Shown here: piece by piece, positions 26,888 to 36,586 of the stretch
Numbering within the stretch: position 1 is the stretch's first letter
Layout of the letters: the number at the start of each line of letters is the position of its first letter
Sequence record: NZ_CP020440.2
DNA: 64,000 nucleotides
Reading direction: 5' to 3' (one strand)
Origin: a plasmid
Translations under genes and position numbers: made by a program
Notes under the pieces: generated by a model
What the model was told of the DNA's origin: nothing
What the model saw: the letters and a program-made list of their open reading frames with translations, nothing else
Databases searched by the model: none

Positions 26888-27591
26888 CGGCGGCGCAGCC
26901 AGTCCTGCATGTCGCGCTCGGCGCTGCGCAGCGCCTCGGCGTTCAGCGCGCCGCTGGTCAGGGCGCAGGCGACGGCGCGGACGCGCTTGTTCATGACGCC
27001 TTCGGCCACGGGCAGTTCGACCGCCAGCTTTTCGTAAAGCGACAGCAGCCGGTTCTGCACCGTGCGCTCCGACATGCCGCGCCGGCGCGCGATCTCGCGG
27101 TCGGGCAGGCCAAGCGCCATGTCCAGCAGAACGGTATATTCGCTTTCGCTCAGCCCCTGCGCGGGGCGCGACTGGCGCTGTTGCAGGCGGTGGATCTCGC
27201 GGTCGACGACCACCTGGCCTTCGACCAGCACGGCGCGCATGGCCAGGTGCAGCCGCTGGACCGGCGCGGTTTTCAGCACATAGCCATAGGGCGAGCCGGG
27301 CGGCACGATGCGCGTCAGCCCGCGCAGATAGGCTTCGTCGGCGTAGTTCGACCAGAACAGGATGCGGGTTTCCGGGCGTTCGGACCAGATCGTGCGGGCG
27401 GCGTCGATGCCGTTGCGTTCCTTCATCTGCAGGTCCATGACGACGGCCAGTACGCCCTTGCGGGCCATCGCCTCGCCCTCGCGGCCGTTTTCCGCGGTCA
27501 GGATCTGGCTGGCCTCGGGCAGGGCCTGCCCGACCGCGTCGCGCAGGAAGGCCGCGTGCAGGGGGTCGTCCTCGACCAGCAGGATCTTCAT
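26884..27591 (-). CDS. Two-component response regulator, NarL/FixJ (LuxR-HTH) family
   Basis: Start MKILLVEDDPLHAAFL (receiver) plus a C-terminal LuxR-type HTH (LSESEYTVLLDMALGLPDREIARRRGMSERTVQNRLLSLYEKL). Start set within the longer ORF 26884..28038. Confidence 0.85.
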   Translation of the reverse strand: MKILLVEDDPLHAAFLRDAVGQALPEASQILTAENGREGEAMARKGVLAVVMDLQMKERNGIDAARTIWSERPETRILFWSNYADEAYLRGLTRIVPPGSPYGYVLKTAPVQRLHLAMRAVLVEGQVVVDREIHRLQQRQSRPAQGLSESEYTVLLDMALGLPDREIARRRGMSERTVQNRLLSLYEKLAVELPVAEGVMNKRVRAVACALTSGALNAEALRSAERDMQDWLRRR

Positions 27592-28790
27592 GGCGGGCCC
27601 CCCGCGGGCAGGCTGACCGAAACGCTGGTGCCGGTCCGGCCCGAACGGACCGAAAGCCGCGCGCCGATCAGCTGGGCGCGGGTGCGCATGTGCGACAGGC
27701 CGCCTTTCTTGCGGCTGCGGCGCACGTCCTCGGGCAGGCCGCAGCCATCGTCGGCCACGGTGATGCGCAGGCGCGGCTGGGCCGCGATGCGCACGTCGAT
27801 GCGCCCCGCGCGGGCGTGGCGGCCGGCGTTGTTGATCGCCTCCTGCACGATGCGGAACAGGGCGATCCTGGCCACCGGGTCCAGCGCGTCGGGGGCGCCC
27901 TGGCTGTCGTCCTGCACCTCGACCTGGGCGTCGCCCGCGGCCCGTTCCAGATGCACCCGCACCGCATGGGCAAAGCCGAACATGTCCAGGATCGAGGGCA
28001 CCGCCGTGTCGATGATGCGCCGCAGGTCGGCCACGCAATCGTCCAGCCGCGCCAGCACCGTTTCCGCGTCCAGCGCGCCGGGGCGCGACAGGTCGCGCAT
28101 CAGCCGCGACAGGTCGGCCAGGGTCTGGTCGTGCAGGTCCATGCCGATGCGCTGGCGTTCCTGTTCCAGCGCCTGGGTCAGGTCGCGCGCGCCCAGCCGC
28201 AGCCCTTCCTCGCGCGCGCGGGCCTCGGTTTCGACGATGGCGGCCTGGCGCGACCGTTCCGCCTCGCGCAGCGCGAACAGATAGGGCGAGATCAGGTCCG
28301 CCACATAGCGCGCCGCCGCCACGTCGCGCGGCCCATAGCGCCCCGGCGCAAAGGACGAGATGCTGAGCGCGCCGATGATGTCCCCCGCCACCACCAGCGG
28401 CGCATGGACCCGGGCGCGCAGGTTGTGGTCATGGATCGGGGCGCAGAACACGCCCGGAAAGGCAAAGCGCGGGTCGGCGGTCGCGTCCTCGGTCAGGATG
28501 TGATCGACATGGCCCCACAGCAGCTCGCGGATCGGGCTGTTCTGGACGCCTGCCGTCTCCTTGCGGCCCCAAGCGGTCTCGATCCCGGTCTCGTAGGCGG
28601 CCGACAGGGTTCCGTCGTGGCGCAGCAGGCACAGGTCCAAGTGATCATAGGGCAGGAAGCGGCTGATTTCCTGCGCGACCGAGCGGATCGCCGACAGGAA
28701 GTCCAGCCGCCCCGCCAGCGCGCGCGAGATGCGGAACAGATGCGGCAGCAGCGGCCCGGGATCGACCTCCTGGTCCGAAAGCTCGCTCAT
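27588..28790 (-). CDS. Cytoplasmic GAF-domain sensor histidine kinase (HisKA_3/NarX-UhpB type)
   Basis: GAF region (DHLDLCLLRHDGTLSAAYE...). HisKA_3 H-box (RIGMDLHDQTLADL) and HATPase_c (ADDGCGLPED). The stop overlaps the regulator start (ATGA), forming a two-component operon. Confidence 0.8.
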   Translation of the reverse strand: MSELSDQEVDPGPLLPHLFRISRALAGRLDFLSAIRSVAQEISRFLPYDHLDLCLLRHDGTLSAAYETGIETAWGRKETAGVQNSPIRELLWGHVDHILTEDATADPRFAFPGVFCAPIHDHNLRARVHAPLVVAGDIIGALSISSFAPGRYGPRDVAAARYVADLISPYLFALREAERSRQAAIVETEARAREEGLRLGARDLTQALEQERQRIGMDLHDQTLADLSRLMRDLSRPGALDAETVLARLDDCVADLRRIIDTAVPSILDMFGFAHAVRVHLERAAGDAQVEVQDDSQGAPDALDPVARIALFRIVQEAINNAGRHARAGRIDVRIAAQPRLRITVADDGCGLPEDVRRSRKKGGLSHMRTRAQLIGARLSVRSGRTGTSVSVSLPAGGPP

Positions 28791-29018
28791 CCTCTCGTGC
28801 ACGGCGCGCCTCCGCTGGTGTCCCTCGGGGGCGACGATGCCACAGGCGCCGGCCTGCGTCCAAGCGGCGCCGCGCCGAACTTGCGGGTTTCCGCAAACGG
28901 CGCGCGGAAAGATGCAGGTCCGGGCCCAGTTCCGGTCTAGGCAGCCTGCCGTCCCGCCCTATCCTTGACCCCGGAGGACGGCGCCCGGCGCCGGGATATG
29001 AAGGGGGAGGACTCAAGG

Positions 29019-30029
29019 ATGACCCGCAAGGGACTGCTGCTGACGGCCGCGACGATCCTGGCCATGGGCGGGACGGCGATGGCCGACACCGCGCAAAAGC
29101 GCATCGCACTGTCGAACAACTATGCCGGCAACAGCTGGCGCCAGGCCATGCTGGAAAGCTGGAAGCGCGTGACCGACAAGGCCGTGGCCGACGGCATCGT
29201 CGCCGCCGCTGACGCCTTTACCACCGCCGAAAACCAGGCGACGGAACAGGCCGCGCAGATCCAGAACATGGTCCTGCAGGGCTATGACGCGATCGTGGTC
29301 AACGCCGCATCGCCCACCGCGCTGAACGGCGCCATCAAGGAGGCCTGCGACGCGGGCATCACCGTCGTCAGCTTCGACGGCATCGTGACCGAGCCCTGCG
29401 CCTGGCGCGTCAAGGTCGATTTCAAGAAGATGGGCGCGGACGAGATCGCCTATCTGGCCGGCCGCCTGCCCGACGGCGGCAACCTGCTGGAGATCCGGGG
29501 CCTGGCCGGCGTGTCCGTCGACGACGAGATCCACGCGGGCATCGAGGAAGGCGTCAAGGCCCACCCGAACTTCAAGGTCGTGGGGTCCGTGAACGGCGAC
29601 TGGGCGCAGGACGTGGCGCAGAAGGCGGTCGCGGGCATCCTGCCCTCGCTGCCCGAGATCGCGGCCGTGGTGACGCAGGGCGGCGACGGCTATGGCGCGG
29701 CGCAGGCCTTTGCCGCCGCCGGGCGGCCGATGCCGATCATCATCATGGGCAACCGCCAGGACGAGCTGAAATGGTGGGCCGAACAGCGCGACGCGAACGG
29801 CTATGAAACCATCTCGACCTCGATTGCGCCGGGCGTCTCGACGCTGGCGTTCTGGGTCGCGCAGCAGATCCTGGACGGGGCCGAGGTGCCCAAGGACCTG
29901 ACCGTGCCCTTCCTGTCGGTGACGCAGGAAACCCTGGACCAGGCGCTGAAGGATACGCCCGAAGGCGGCGTCACCAACGTGGACTACACGCTGGACGACG
30001 CCAAGAAAGTGATTGCCGGAACCGACTGA
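29019..30029 (+). CDS. Sugar ABC transporter periplasmic binding protein (RbsB/LacI-type fold)
   Basis: Start MTRKGLLLTAATILAMGGTAMA (signal peptide) after a GGAGG RBS. Periplasmic-binding-protein type I sequence. Confidence 0.85.
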   Translation: MTRKGLLLTAATILAMGGTAMADTAQKRIALSNNYAGNSWRQAMLESWKRVTDKAVADGIVAAADAFTTAENQATEQAAQIQNMVLQGYDAIVVNAASPTALNGAIKEACDAGITVVSFDGIVTEPCAWRVKVDFKKMGADEIAYLAGRLPDGGNLLEIRGLAGVSVDDEIHAGIEEGVKAHPNFKVVGSVNGDWAQDVAQKAVAGILPSLPEIAAVVTQGGDGYGAAQAFAAAGRPMPIIIMGNRQDELKWWAEQRDANGYETISTSIAPGVSTLAFWVAQQILDGAEVPKDLTVPFLSVTQETLDQALKDTPEGGVTNVDYTLDDAKKVIAGTD

Positions 30030-31516
30030 TGGCAGGCATCGAAGGCGAGGATCGGGCCGGGGCGCAAGCCCCGGCAGCGGATGGAGGCGGCGCGGTCGTG
30101 CGCCTTGAGACGGCGTCGAAAACCTTTGGCGCGCTCAGGGCGCTGGATCGTGTGGACCTGGCCATCCGCCCCGGCGAATGCCTGGGGCTGGTCGGCCACA
30201 ACGGGGCGGGAAAATCGACCCTGGTGAACCTTGTCACCGGCCTTTTCGCGCCTTCGGACGGGCGTGTGGTCTATCCCGGCGCCGACGGTCCCCTGCAGGC
30301 CGGCGTCCGTGCCATTTCCCAGGAAGGCACGCTCTGCCCGAACCTGACGGTGCTGGAAAACCTGTCCGTCGTGCAGCGCGACCTGACCGGGCCGGGCTGG
30401 CGCGGGCGGGCCGCGGACCGGATCGGAGCGGCGCTGGACGCGATCTTTCCCGGCCACCGTATCCGCCCCGACATGCTGGTCGCCGACATGACCTTGGCCG
30501 AGGCGCAGATGGCCGAGATCGCCATCGGCTTCGCCGAAGGGCCCATCCCCGCCCGCCTGGTGGTGCTGGACGAGCCCACCTCGTCGCTGGACGCCTCGAT
30601 CGCGGCGCAGCTTCTGGCGCATGTCCGCCGCTTTTGCGCCGAAGGGGGCGCGGTGGTCTTCATCTCGCACATGCTGGGCGAGATTTTCGCCGTCGCCAGC
30701 CGCATCGTCGTCATGCGCGATGGGCAGGCGATCGCCGACCGGCCGGCGCATGGCTTCAGCCGCCGCGGTCTGGTCGATGCCATGGGCCATGTCGCGGCCG
30801 AGGACGATCGCCCCGCCACGCCCGCCGCGCTTGCCCGCGCCCTGGGCGACAAGAGCGCCGCGATCCTGCGCACCCCCGAAGGGATCGAGGCGCGGCGCGG
30901 CGAGATCGTCGGCCTTGCCGGCCTTGCCGGTCACGGCCAGGCCGAGGCGCTGGCGCGGTTCTATCTGGCGCAAAGTTCGGACTGGCGCAGTTCGGCCCGG
31001 CCCCGCGCGGCCTTTGTCGCCGGCGACAGGCGGCGCGACGGGATCATGCCGGTCTGGTCGATCCGGCGCAACCTGACGCTGGCCGCGCTGGACACGCTGC
31101 TGCGCCGGGGCCTTGTGGACCGCGACCGCGAACGCGAGATCGGCGCGCACTGGCAGCGCCGCATCGGCATCCGCACGCCCGACATGGGCAACCCCATCTT
31201 GTCGCTGTCCGGCGGCAACCAGCAAAAGGCGCTGTTCGCGCGGGCCCTGGCCACCAGCGCGCCGGTGATCGTCATGGACGACCCGATGCGCGGCGTCGAC
31301 ATCGGCACCAAGACCGAGGTCTACGACATGATCCGGCACGAGGCCGCGCAGGGCCGCACCTTCCTGTGGTATTCGACCGAGATGGACGAGATCCGCAACT
31401 GCGACCGCGTCTTCGTGTTCCGCGACGGCGCCATCTCGGCCGAACTCGAGGGTACGGCCATCACCGAGGAAAACGTCCTGGCCGCCAGCTTCGAATTCGG
31501 GGAAACCGCCGCATGA
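30029..31516 (+). CDS. Sugar ABC transporter ATP-binding protein (tandem ABC domains)
   Basis: 495 aa with two Walker A/signature regions (GHNGAGKSTL, LSGGNQQK). TGATG overlap with the upstream binding-protein gene. Confidence 0.88.
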   Translation: MAGIEGEDRAGAQAPAADGGGAVVRLETASKTFGALRALDRVDLAIRPGECLGLVGHNGAGKSTLVNLVTGLFAPSDGRVVYPGADGPLQAGVRAISQEGTLCPNLTVLENLSVVQRDLTGPGWRGRAADRIGAALDAIFPGHRIRPDMLVADMTLAEAQMAEIAIGFAEGPIPARLVVLDEPTSSLDASIAAQLLAHVRRFCAEGGAVVFISHMLGEIFAVASRIVVMRDGQAIADRPAHGFSRRGLVDAMGHVAAEDDRPATPAALARALGDKSAAILRTPEGIEARRGEIVGLAGLAGHGQAEALARFYLAQSSDWRSSARPRAAFVAGDRRRDGIMPVWSIRRNLTLAALDTLLRRGLVDRDREREIGAHWQRRIGIRTPDMGNPILSLSGGNQQKALFARALATSAPVIVMDDPMRGVDIGTKTEVYDMIRHEAAQGRTFLWYSTEMDEIRNCDRVFVFRDGAISAELEGTAITEENVLAASFEFGETAA

Positions 31517-32442
31517 CACGGCTGATCAACCCGCGCCTGGCGCTGCCGGTGCTGTCGCTGGCCGTCCTGGTCGCCGCCGTCTTCTGGTTGCAGCCCCGCG
31601 CCATGAGCTATGTGGGCGTGAACCTGCTGTTCAATCTGGCGGTGCCCATCGCGCTGGCGACGGTGGCGCAGATGGTCGTCATCATGGTGGGCGACATCGA
31701 CCTGTCGATGGGCGCCTTCGTCAGCCTGGTGGCCTGCATCACCGCCGCCATCCTGCCAGTCAATCCCGTGCTGGGGGCCTTGATGCTGGCGGGCTGCGTG
31801 CTGGCCTATGCCGCGCTTGGCGCGCTGATCGAGGCGCGGGGCCTGCCGGCCATCGTCGTGACCCTGGGCATGTCCTTTGTCTGGGGGGGTGCGGCGGTGT
31901 TGATCCTGCCCTCGCCCGGAGGGACGGCGCCGGGCTGGCTGACCGGGGTGATGAAGGCCAAGCCACCGCTGGTCCCGATGGCCATCGTTGCCAGCGTGCT
32001 GATCGCCGCCGTGGCGCATCTGGTCATCATGCGCTCAAGCTTCGGGGTGCGGCTGCGGGCGCTCGGGGGCAATGCGCGGGCCCTGTCGCGCGCGGGCCGC
32101 TCGACCGTGGCGCTGCGGGCCTGGGCCTATGCGCTGGCGGGGCTGTTCGCGGTGCTGTCGGGGATGGCGCTGGTCGGGCTGACCACCTCGGGCGACGCCA
32201 ATATCGCGCTGCGCTATACGCTTTTGTCCATCGCGGGCGTGATCCTGGGCGGGGGCGAGTTCACCGGCGGGCGCGTCTCGCCCATCGGCGCGGTGATCGG
32301 GGCGCTGACGCTGACGCTGGCGGGCAGCTTCCTGTCCTTCCTGCGGCTGTCGCCCGACTGGCAGATCGGCGCCCAGGGCGCGATCCTGATTCTGGTGCTG
32401 GCGGCGCGGCTGGTCTTGCGCCAGGCGGAGAAACGTTCATGA
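31513..32442 (+). CDS. Sugar ABC transporter permease
   Basis: Start MTRLINPRLALPVL overlapping the ATPase stop (ATGA). Branched-chain/ribose-type permease fold. Confidence 0.82.
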   Translation: MTRLINPRLALPVLSLAVLVAAVFWLQPRAMSYVGVNLLFNLAVPIALATVAQMVVIMVGDIDLSMGAFVSLVACITAAILPVNPVLGALMLAGCVLAYAALGALIEARGLPAIVVTLGMSFVWGGAAVLILPSPGGTAPGWLTGVMKAKPPLVPMAIVASVLIAAVAHLVIMRSSFGVRLRALGGNARALSRAGRSTVALRAWAYALAGLFAVLSGMALVGLTTSGDANIALRYTLLSIAGVILGGGEFTGGRVSPIGAVIGALTLTLAGSFLSFLRLSPDWQIGAQGAILILVLAARLVLRQAEKRS

Positions 32443-33386
32443 CCATGACCATGACCTTGCACAAGGCGCCCTGGTTCTGGGCCTGGGTCGCGGCCCTCGC
32501 GGCGTTCCTGGCCACCTGGTCGCTGAGCACCGGAGGCGGCGGAGCCGCCCTGGCGGTCGCTGCGCTGACCTTCGGCAGCTTCTCGGTCCTGACCGGGCTG
32601 GGGCAGATGCTGGTCATCACCCTGGGCCCCGGCAACACCGACCTGTCGATCCCCGCCACGATGACGCTGGCCGCCACCCTGTCGCTGAAGCTGATGGCGG
32701 GCGCGGGCGGGATCTGGATCGCCGCCGGGCTGGTGGCGGCGCTTGCCATCGGGGCAGGGGTCGGGGTCGTCAACTTCGCGCTGATCCGGCTGCTGCGCAT
32801 CCCGCCGATCATCGCCACGCTGTCGGCCAGTTTCCTTTACCAGTCGCTGGCGATCTGGTCGAACCGCGGTCTGCGCATCAAGCCGCCCGCGGCGCTGGCC
32901 GAGTTCACCACCGGCCGGGCGCTGCTGGGTGTGCCGAACCTGGCCTGGGTGGCCCTGGCGATCAGCATCGTGTTCTGGGTGCTGCTGAACCGCTCGGGCT
33001 TTGGCCGGCGTGTCTCGGCCATCGGGCAGAATCCGCGCGCGGCGCGGCTGGCGGGGGTGCCGGTCGCCCGCACGTCGGCCGCGACCTATGTGATCTCGGC
33101 GGTGATGGCGGCGCTCGCCGGCTTCCTGCTGGCCTGCTTCTCGGGCGGCGCCGCGCTGAACATGGGGGCCGAGTTCCTGCTGATGTCCATCGCCGTCACG
33201 GTGATCGGCGGCTCGTCCATCGCGGGGGGCAATTCCAACGTGCCCGGCATCTGGGCGGGCGCGCTGTTCATGTATCTGATCGTCTCGATGCTGAACTCCT
33301 ACGGGCTGGGGGCCGGGGTGCGGCTGCTGTCGACGGGGATCATCATCATCGCCATCGTCGCCGTGGCCAGCGGCAGAAAGGGCTGA
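32439..33386 (+). CDS. Sugar ABC transporter permease (second)
   Basis: 315 aa polytopic protein; overlaps the upstream permease by 4 nt. Confidence 0.82.
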   Translation: MTMTMTLHKAPWFWAWVAALAAFLATWSLSTGGGGAALAVAALTFGSFSVLTGLGQMLVITLGPGNTDLSIPATMTLAATLSLKLMAGAGGIWIAAGLVAALAIGAGVGVVNFALIRLLRIPPIIATLSASFLYQSLAIWSNRGLRIKPPAALAEFTTGRALLGVPNLAWVALAISIVFWVLLNRSGFGRRVSAIGQNPRAARLAGVPVARTSAATYVISAVMAALAGFLLACFSGGAALNMGAEFLLMSIAVTVIGGSSIAGGNSNVPGIWAGALFMYLIVSMLNSYGLGAGVRLLSTGIIIIAIVAVASGRKG

Positions 33387-33390
33387 ACCC

Positions 33391-34308
33391 ATGTCCATCT
33401 ATGACCGGCGCGACCCGCGCTTTCGGGCGCTGATCCATCCGAACGCGGGGCTGCACCAGATCGGCAGCGGCTTTGAATGGGCCGAGGGGCCGGCCTGGTT
33501 TCCCGCCGCCCAGATGCTGCTGTTTTCCGACATCCCGGCGCATCGGATGATGCGCTGGACCGCGCAGACCGGCTGCAGCATCTTTCGCGAGGATTCGGGC
33601 TATTCGAACGGCAACACCCGCGACCCGCAGGGTCGGCTTGTCACCTGCCACCACGGGCTGCGCGCGGTGACGCGGACCGAACACGACGGCAGCCTGACCA
33701 CACTGGCCGCCCAAGGCCAGGGCCGGCGGCTGAATTCCCCCAACGACGTGGTGGTGAAGGCCGACGGCTCGGTCTGGTTCACCGATCCGACCTATGGCAT
33801 CCTGTCGGACCTCGAAGGCTACAAGGCAGCGCCCGAACAGGCCGGCAGCTTCGTCTGGCGCATCCCGCCCGGGGGCGGCGCCCCGTTGCCGGTCTGCAAG
33901 GACTTCACCCAACCGAACGGGCTGTGCTTTTCGCCCGACGAAAGCCTGCTCTACATCGCGGAATCGGGGTCGAGCCACGATCCCTCGGTGCCCCCGGTCA
34001 TCCGGGTCTATGACGTCGCGGGCGATGGGCTGGGACAGGGCCGCGACTTTGCGACCGTCGATGCCGGCCTGCCCGACGGCATCCGCTGCGACGCGGCGGG
34101 CAACCTCTGGTCCTCGGCCGCCGACGGGGTGCATGTCTTTGCCCCCGACAGCACGCTTCTGGGCAAGATCCTGGTGCCCGAGGTGGTCTCGAACCTGTGC
34201 TTCGGCGGGCCGCGCGGCAACCGGCTGTTCATCACCGCGACGACCAGCCTTTACATGCTGGCCGTCGATGCCTGCGCCGCCGGCTGGCCCGGTCAGGGCG
34301 CGGTATAG
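33391..34308 (+). CDS. SMP-30/gluconolactonase/LRE-family lactonase
   Basis: 305 aa (MSIYDRRDPRFRALIHPNAGLHQIGSGFEWAEGPAW...NSPNDVVVKADGSVWFTDPTYG...PNGLCFSPDES). Sits 4 nt after the permease gene. Confidence 0.85.
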   Translation: MSIYDRRDPRFRALIHPNAGLHQIGSGFEWAEGPAWFPAAQMLLFSDIPAHRMMRWTAQTGCSIFREDSGYSNGNTRDPQGRLVTCHHGLRAVTRTEHDGSLTTLAAQGQGRRLNSPNDVVVKADGSVWFTDPTYGILSDLEGYKAAPEQAGSFVWRIPPGGGAPLPVCKDFTQPNGLCFSPDESLLYIAESGSSHDPSVPPVIRVYDVAGDGLGQGRDFATVDAGLPDGIRCDAAGNLWSSAADGVHVFAPDSTLLGKILVPEVVSNLCFGGPRGNRLFITATTSLYMLAVDACAAGWPGQGAV

Positions 34309-35042
34309 CCGCCGTCGACCAGGTGATAGCTGCCGGTGATGAAGCTGGCGTGGTCGGACAGCAGGAACAGGACCAGGCCCGAGATTTCCTCGGACCGGCC
34401 CAGCCGCCCGATCGGGTGCTTGCCGATCAGCCAGCTGCGCTGGTCCTGGTCCATGTGCGACAGCAGCGGCGTGTCGATGAAGCCGGGCCCGACCGAGTTC
34501 ACGCGGATGCCCTTGTCGCCGTATTCCATCGCCGCCGACTTGGTCAGCCCGACGACGGCGTGCTTGGCCGCGACATAGGCGGGCGACCCGGCGAATCCGA
34601 CGGACCCCAGGATCGAGGCCATGTTGACGATGGCTCCGCCGCCCGCATCCAGCATTGCGGGAATGCCGAACCGCATGCCGTAGAAGACGGCGTTCAGGTT
34701 GACGCCGATGACCTTGTCCCAAGCCTCCAGCGGGTATTCCCCGGTCGGCGCGCTTGCCCCGCCGATGCCGGCATTGTTGACCAGCAGGTGCAGCCCGCCG
34801 TTGTCGCGGGCCAGATCGACCAGCCGCGACACCGCCTGGGGGTCCGACACGTCGCCGCCCGCCGCCAGCGCCTGGCCGCCCTCGCCGCCGATCCGGTCCG
34901 TGACCCGTTGCGCGGCGTCTGCGTTCAGGTCGGCCACGATCACCTTGGCGCCGGCCCGCGCCAGGTCCAGCGTAATCGCCTCGCCGATGCCCGAGCCTGC
35001 GCCCGTCACCAGGACGGTCTTTCCATCAAAGCGGATGTCCAT
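34293..35042 (-). CDS. Short-chain dehydrogenase/reductase (SDR) family oxidoreductase
   Basis: Start MDIRFDGKTVLVTGAGSGIGEA (TGxxxGxG). Also NNAG, and the catalytic YxxxK in PAYVAAKHAV. Confidence 0.88.
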   Translation of the reverse strand: MDIRFDGKTVLVTGAGSGIGEAITLDLARAGAKVIVADLNADAAQRVTDRIGGEGGQALAAGGDVSDPQAVSRLVDLARDNGGLHLLVNNAGIGGASAPTGEYPLEAWDKVIGVNLNAVFYGMRFGIPAMLDAGGGAIVNMASILGSVGFAGSPAYVAAKHAVVGLTKSAAMEYGDKGIRVNSVGPGFIDTPLLSHMDQDQRSWLIGKHPIGRLGRSEEISGLVLFLLSDHASFITGSYHLVDGGYTAP

Positions 35043-35134
35043 GGCATGTCCTTTCTGGTTCGCGGGCGCGCTGCCGCGCCCGTTTGGAACAGCGTGCCGC
35101 CGCCCCGGTTCCGGCCCGGGCCTGCGGCCTTGCG

Positions 35135-35530
35135 TCACAGATAGCGGCCCCGCCGCTGCAGCACCTCGATCTGGTAGCCGTCCGGGTCGGCGACGAAGAA
35201 GAAGCGCGCGATCACCTCGCCCCCCGGGGCAAAGTCGACCAGTTTGCGCGGCGCCAGGCCCAGGGCGCTCAGCCGCGCATGTTCAGCGTCGACATCCGCG
35301 ACCGAAACGGCCAGATGCCCATAGCCGTCGCCCAGGTCATAGGGTGCCTCGCGGTCCTTGTTGATCGTCAGCTCCAGTTCGAACCCGGTTTCGTCATTGG
35401 ACAGATAGACCAGCGTGAAGCTGTCGAAATCCAGCCTTTGCGCCACCCGCAGGCCGAACGCCTGGCCGTAGAAATCAACCGAGCGTGCCTCGTCCAGCAC
35501 CCGGATCATCGAGTGGATCATCTTTGCCAT
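35135..35530 (-). CDS. gloA: Lactoylglutathione lyase (glyoxalase I)
   Basis: 131 aa (MAKMIHSMIRVLDEARSVDFYGQAFG...GDGYGHLAVSVADVD...YQIEV), a VOC-family glyoxalase I signature. Confidence 0.85.
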   Translation of the reverse strand: MAKMIHSMIRVLDEARSVDFYGQAFGLRVAQRLDFDSFTLVYLSNDETGFELELTINKDREAPYDLGDGYGHLAVSVADVDAEHARLSALGLAPRKLVDFAPGGEVIARFFFVADPDGYQIEVLQRRGRYL

Positions 35531-35668
35531 CGGGTTTGCATCCTTTCGCCCCTGTCGTGCGCATGGTTCCCCGGCCGGCGCAAAGATGCAACCGGCGCTG
35601 GAGCTTCGGAACCGGATATGCGATCAATTCCGGGCACTGGCACGGACCCGATTGCAAAGGAAAACAGC

Positions 35669-36577
35669 ATGATCGTTAAGCCCGCCGCCCTGAAACCAGG
35701 CCGCCGCGCCGTGATCGGCATGGGACTGGGCCTTGCCGCCCTTGGCCTGGGTGCCCGCAGCCCGGCGGGCGCCCAGGGCCAGCCGACGCTGTATTTCTCG
35801 GCCATTCCCGATGACGACGAAACCCGGCTGATGCAGCGCTTCTCGGGCGTCGCCGCCTATCTGGAACGCCAGCTCGGCGTTCCGGTGCGCTATGTCCCGG
35901 TCAAGGATTACGCGGCCTCGGTCGTGGCCTTTCGCAACGACCAGATCCAGCTGGGCTGGTTCGGCGGGCTGACCGGCGTGCAGGCGCAACTGGCCGTTCC
36001 CGGATCGCAGGCCATCGCCCAAGGGGACGAGGACGCGCGCTTCGTGTCCTATTTCATCGCCCATGAGAGCACCGGGTTGCAGAAATCCGACGGCTTCCCG
36101 ATGGGCGCGCGCGGCATGAGCTTTACCTTCGGCGCGCAGACCTCGACCTCGGGGCGGCTGTTCCCGGATTATTACATCCGCAAGGAAACGGGCGAGGCGC
36201 CGGACCAGTTCTTTTCGCGCGTGGGCTTTTCGGGGGATCACGCGCAGACGCTGCGGCTGGTGTCGACCGGGGCCTATCAGGTCGGCGCGCTGAACTATAC
36301 CGTCTATGAAAAGGCCGTGGCCGAACAGGCCCCCGAGGTCGCGACCACCCGCGTGATCTGGCAGACGCCGCCGTTCCCGGACTACAACTGGACGATCCGG
36401 GGCGATGTCGATGCGCGGTTCGGCGAAGGCTTCATCGAAAAGGTCCGCGCCGCCCTGATCGGCATGACCGACCCGGCGCTGCTTGAATCCTTCCCGCGCA
36501 AGGCGTTCATCCCGACCTCGAACGAGGCCTATCAGCCGATCCTGGAAACCGGCCGCGCGCTGGGTCTGCTGGACTGA
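35669..36577 (+). CDS. Phosphonate/phosphite-type ABC transporter substrate-binding protein (PhnD family)
   Basis: Start MIVKPAALKPGRRAVIGMGLGLAALGLGARS (Tat/Sec-like signal). PhnD-like sequence (LYFSAIPDDDETRLMQRFSGVAAYLERQLGVPV...). Confidence 0.78.
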   Translation: MIVKPAALKPGRRAVIGMGLGLAALGLGARSPAGAQGQPTLYFSAIPDDDETRLMQRFSGVAAYLERQLGVPVRYVPVKDYAASVVAFRNDQIQLGWFGGLTGVQAQLAVPGSQAIAQGDEDARFVSYFIAHESTGLQKSDGFPMGARGMSFTFGAQTSTSGRLFPDYYIRKETGEAPDQFFSRVGFSGDHAQTLRLVSTGAYQVGALNYTVYEKAVAEQAPEVATTRVIWQTPPFPDYNWTIRGDVDARFGEGFIEKVRAALIGMTDPALLESFPRKAFIPTSNEAYQPILETGRALGLLD

Positions 36578-36586
36578 CCGCCGCGG

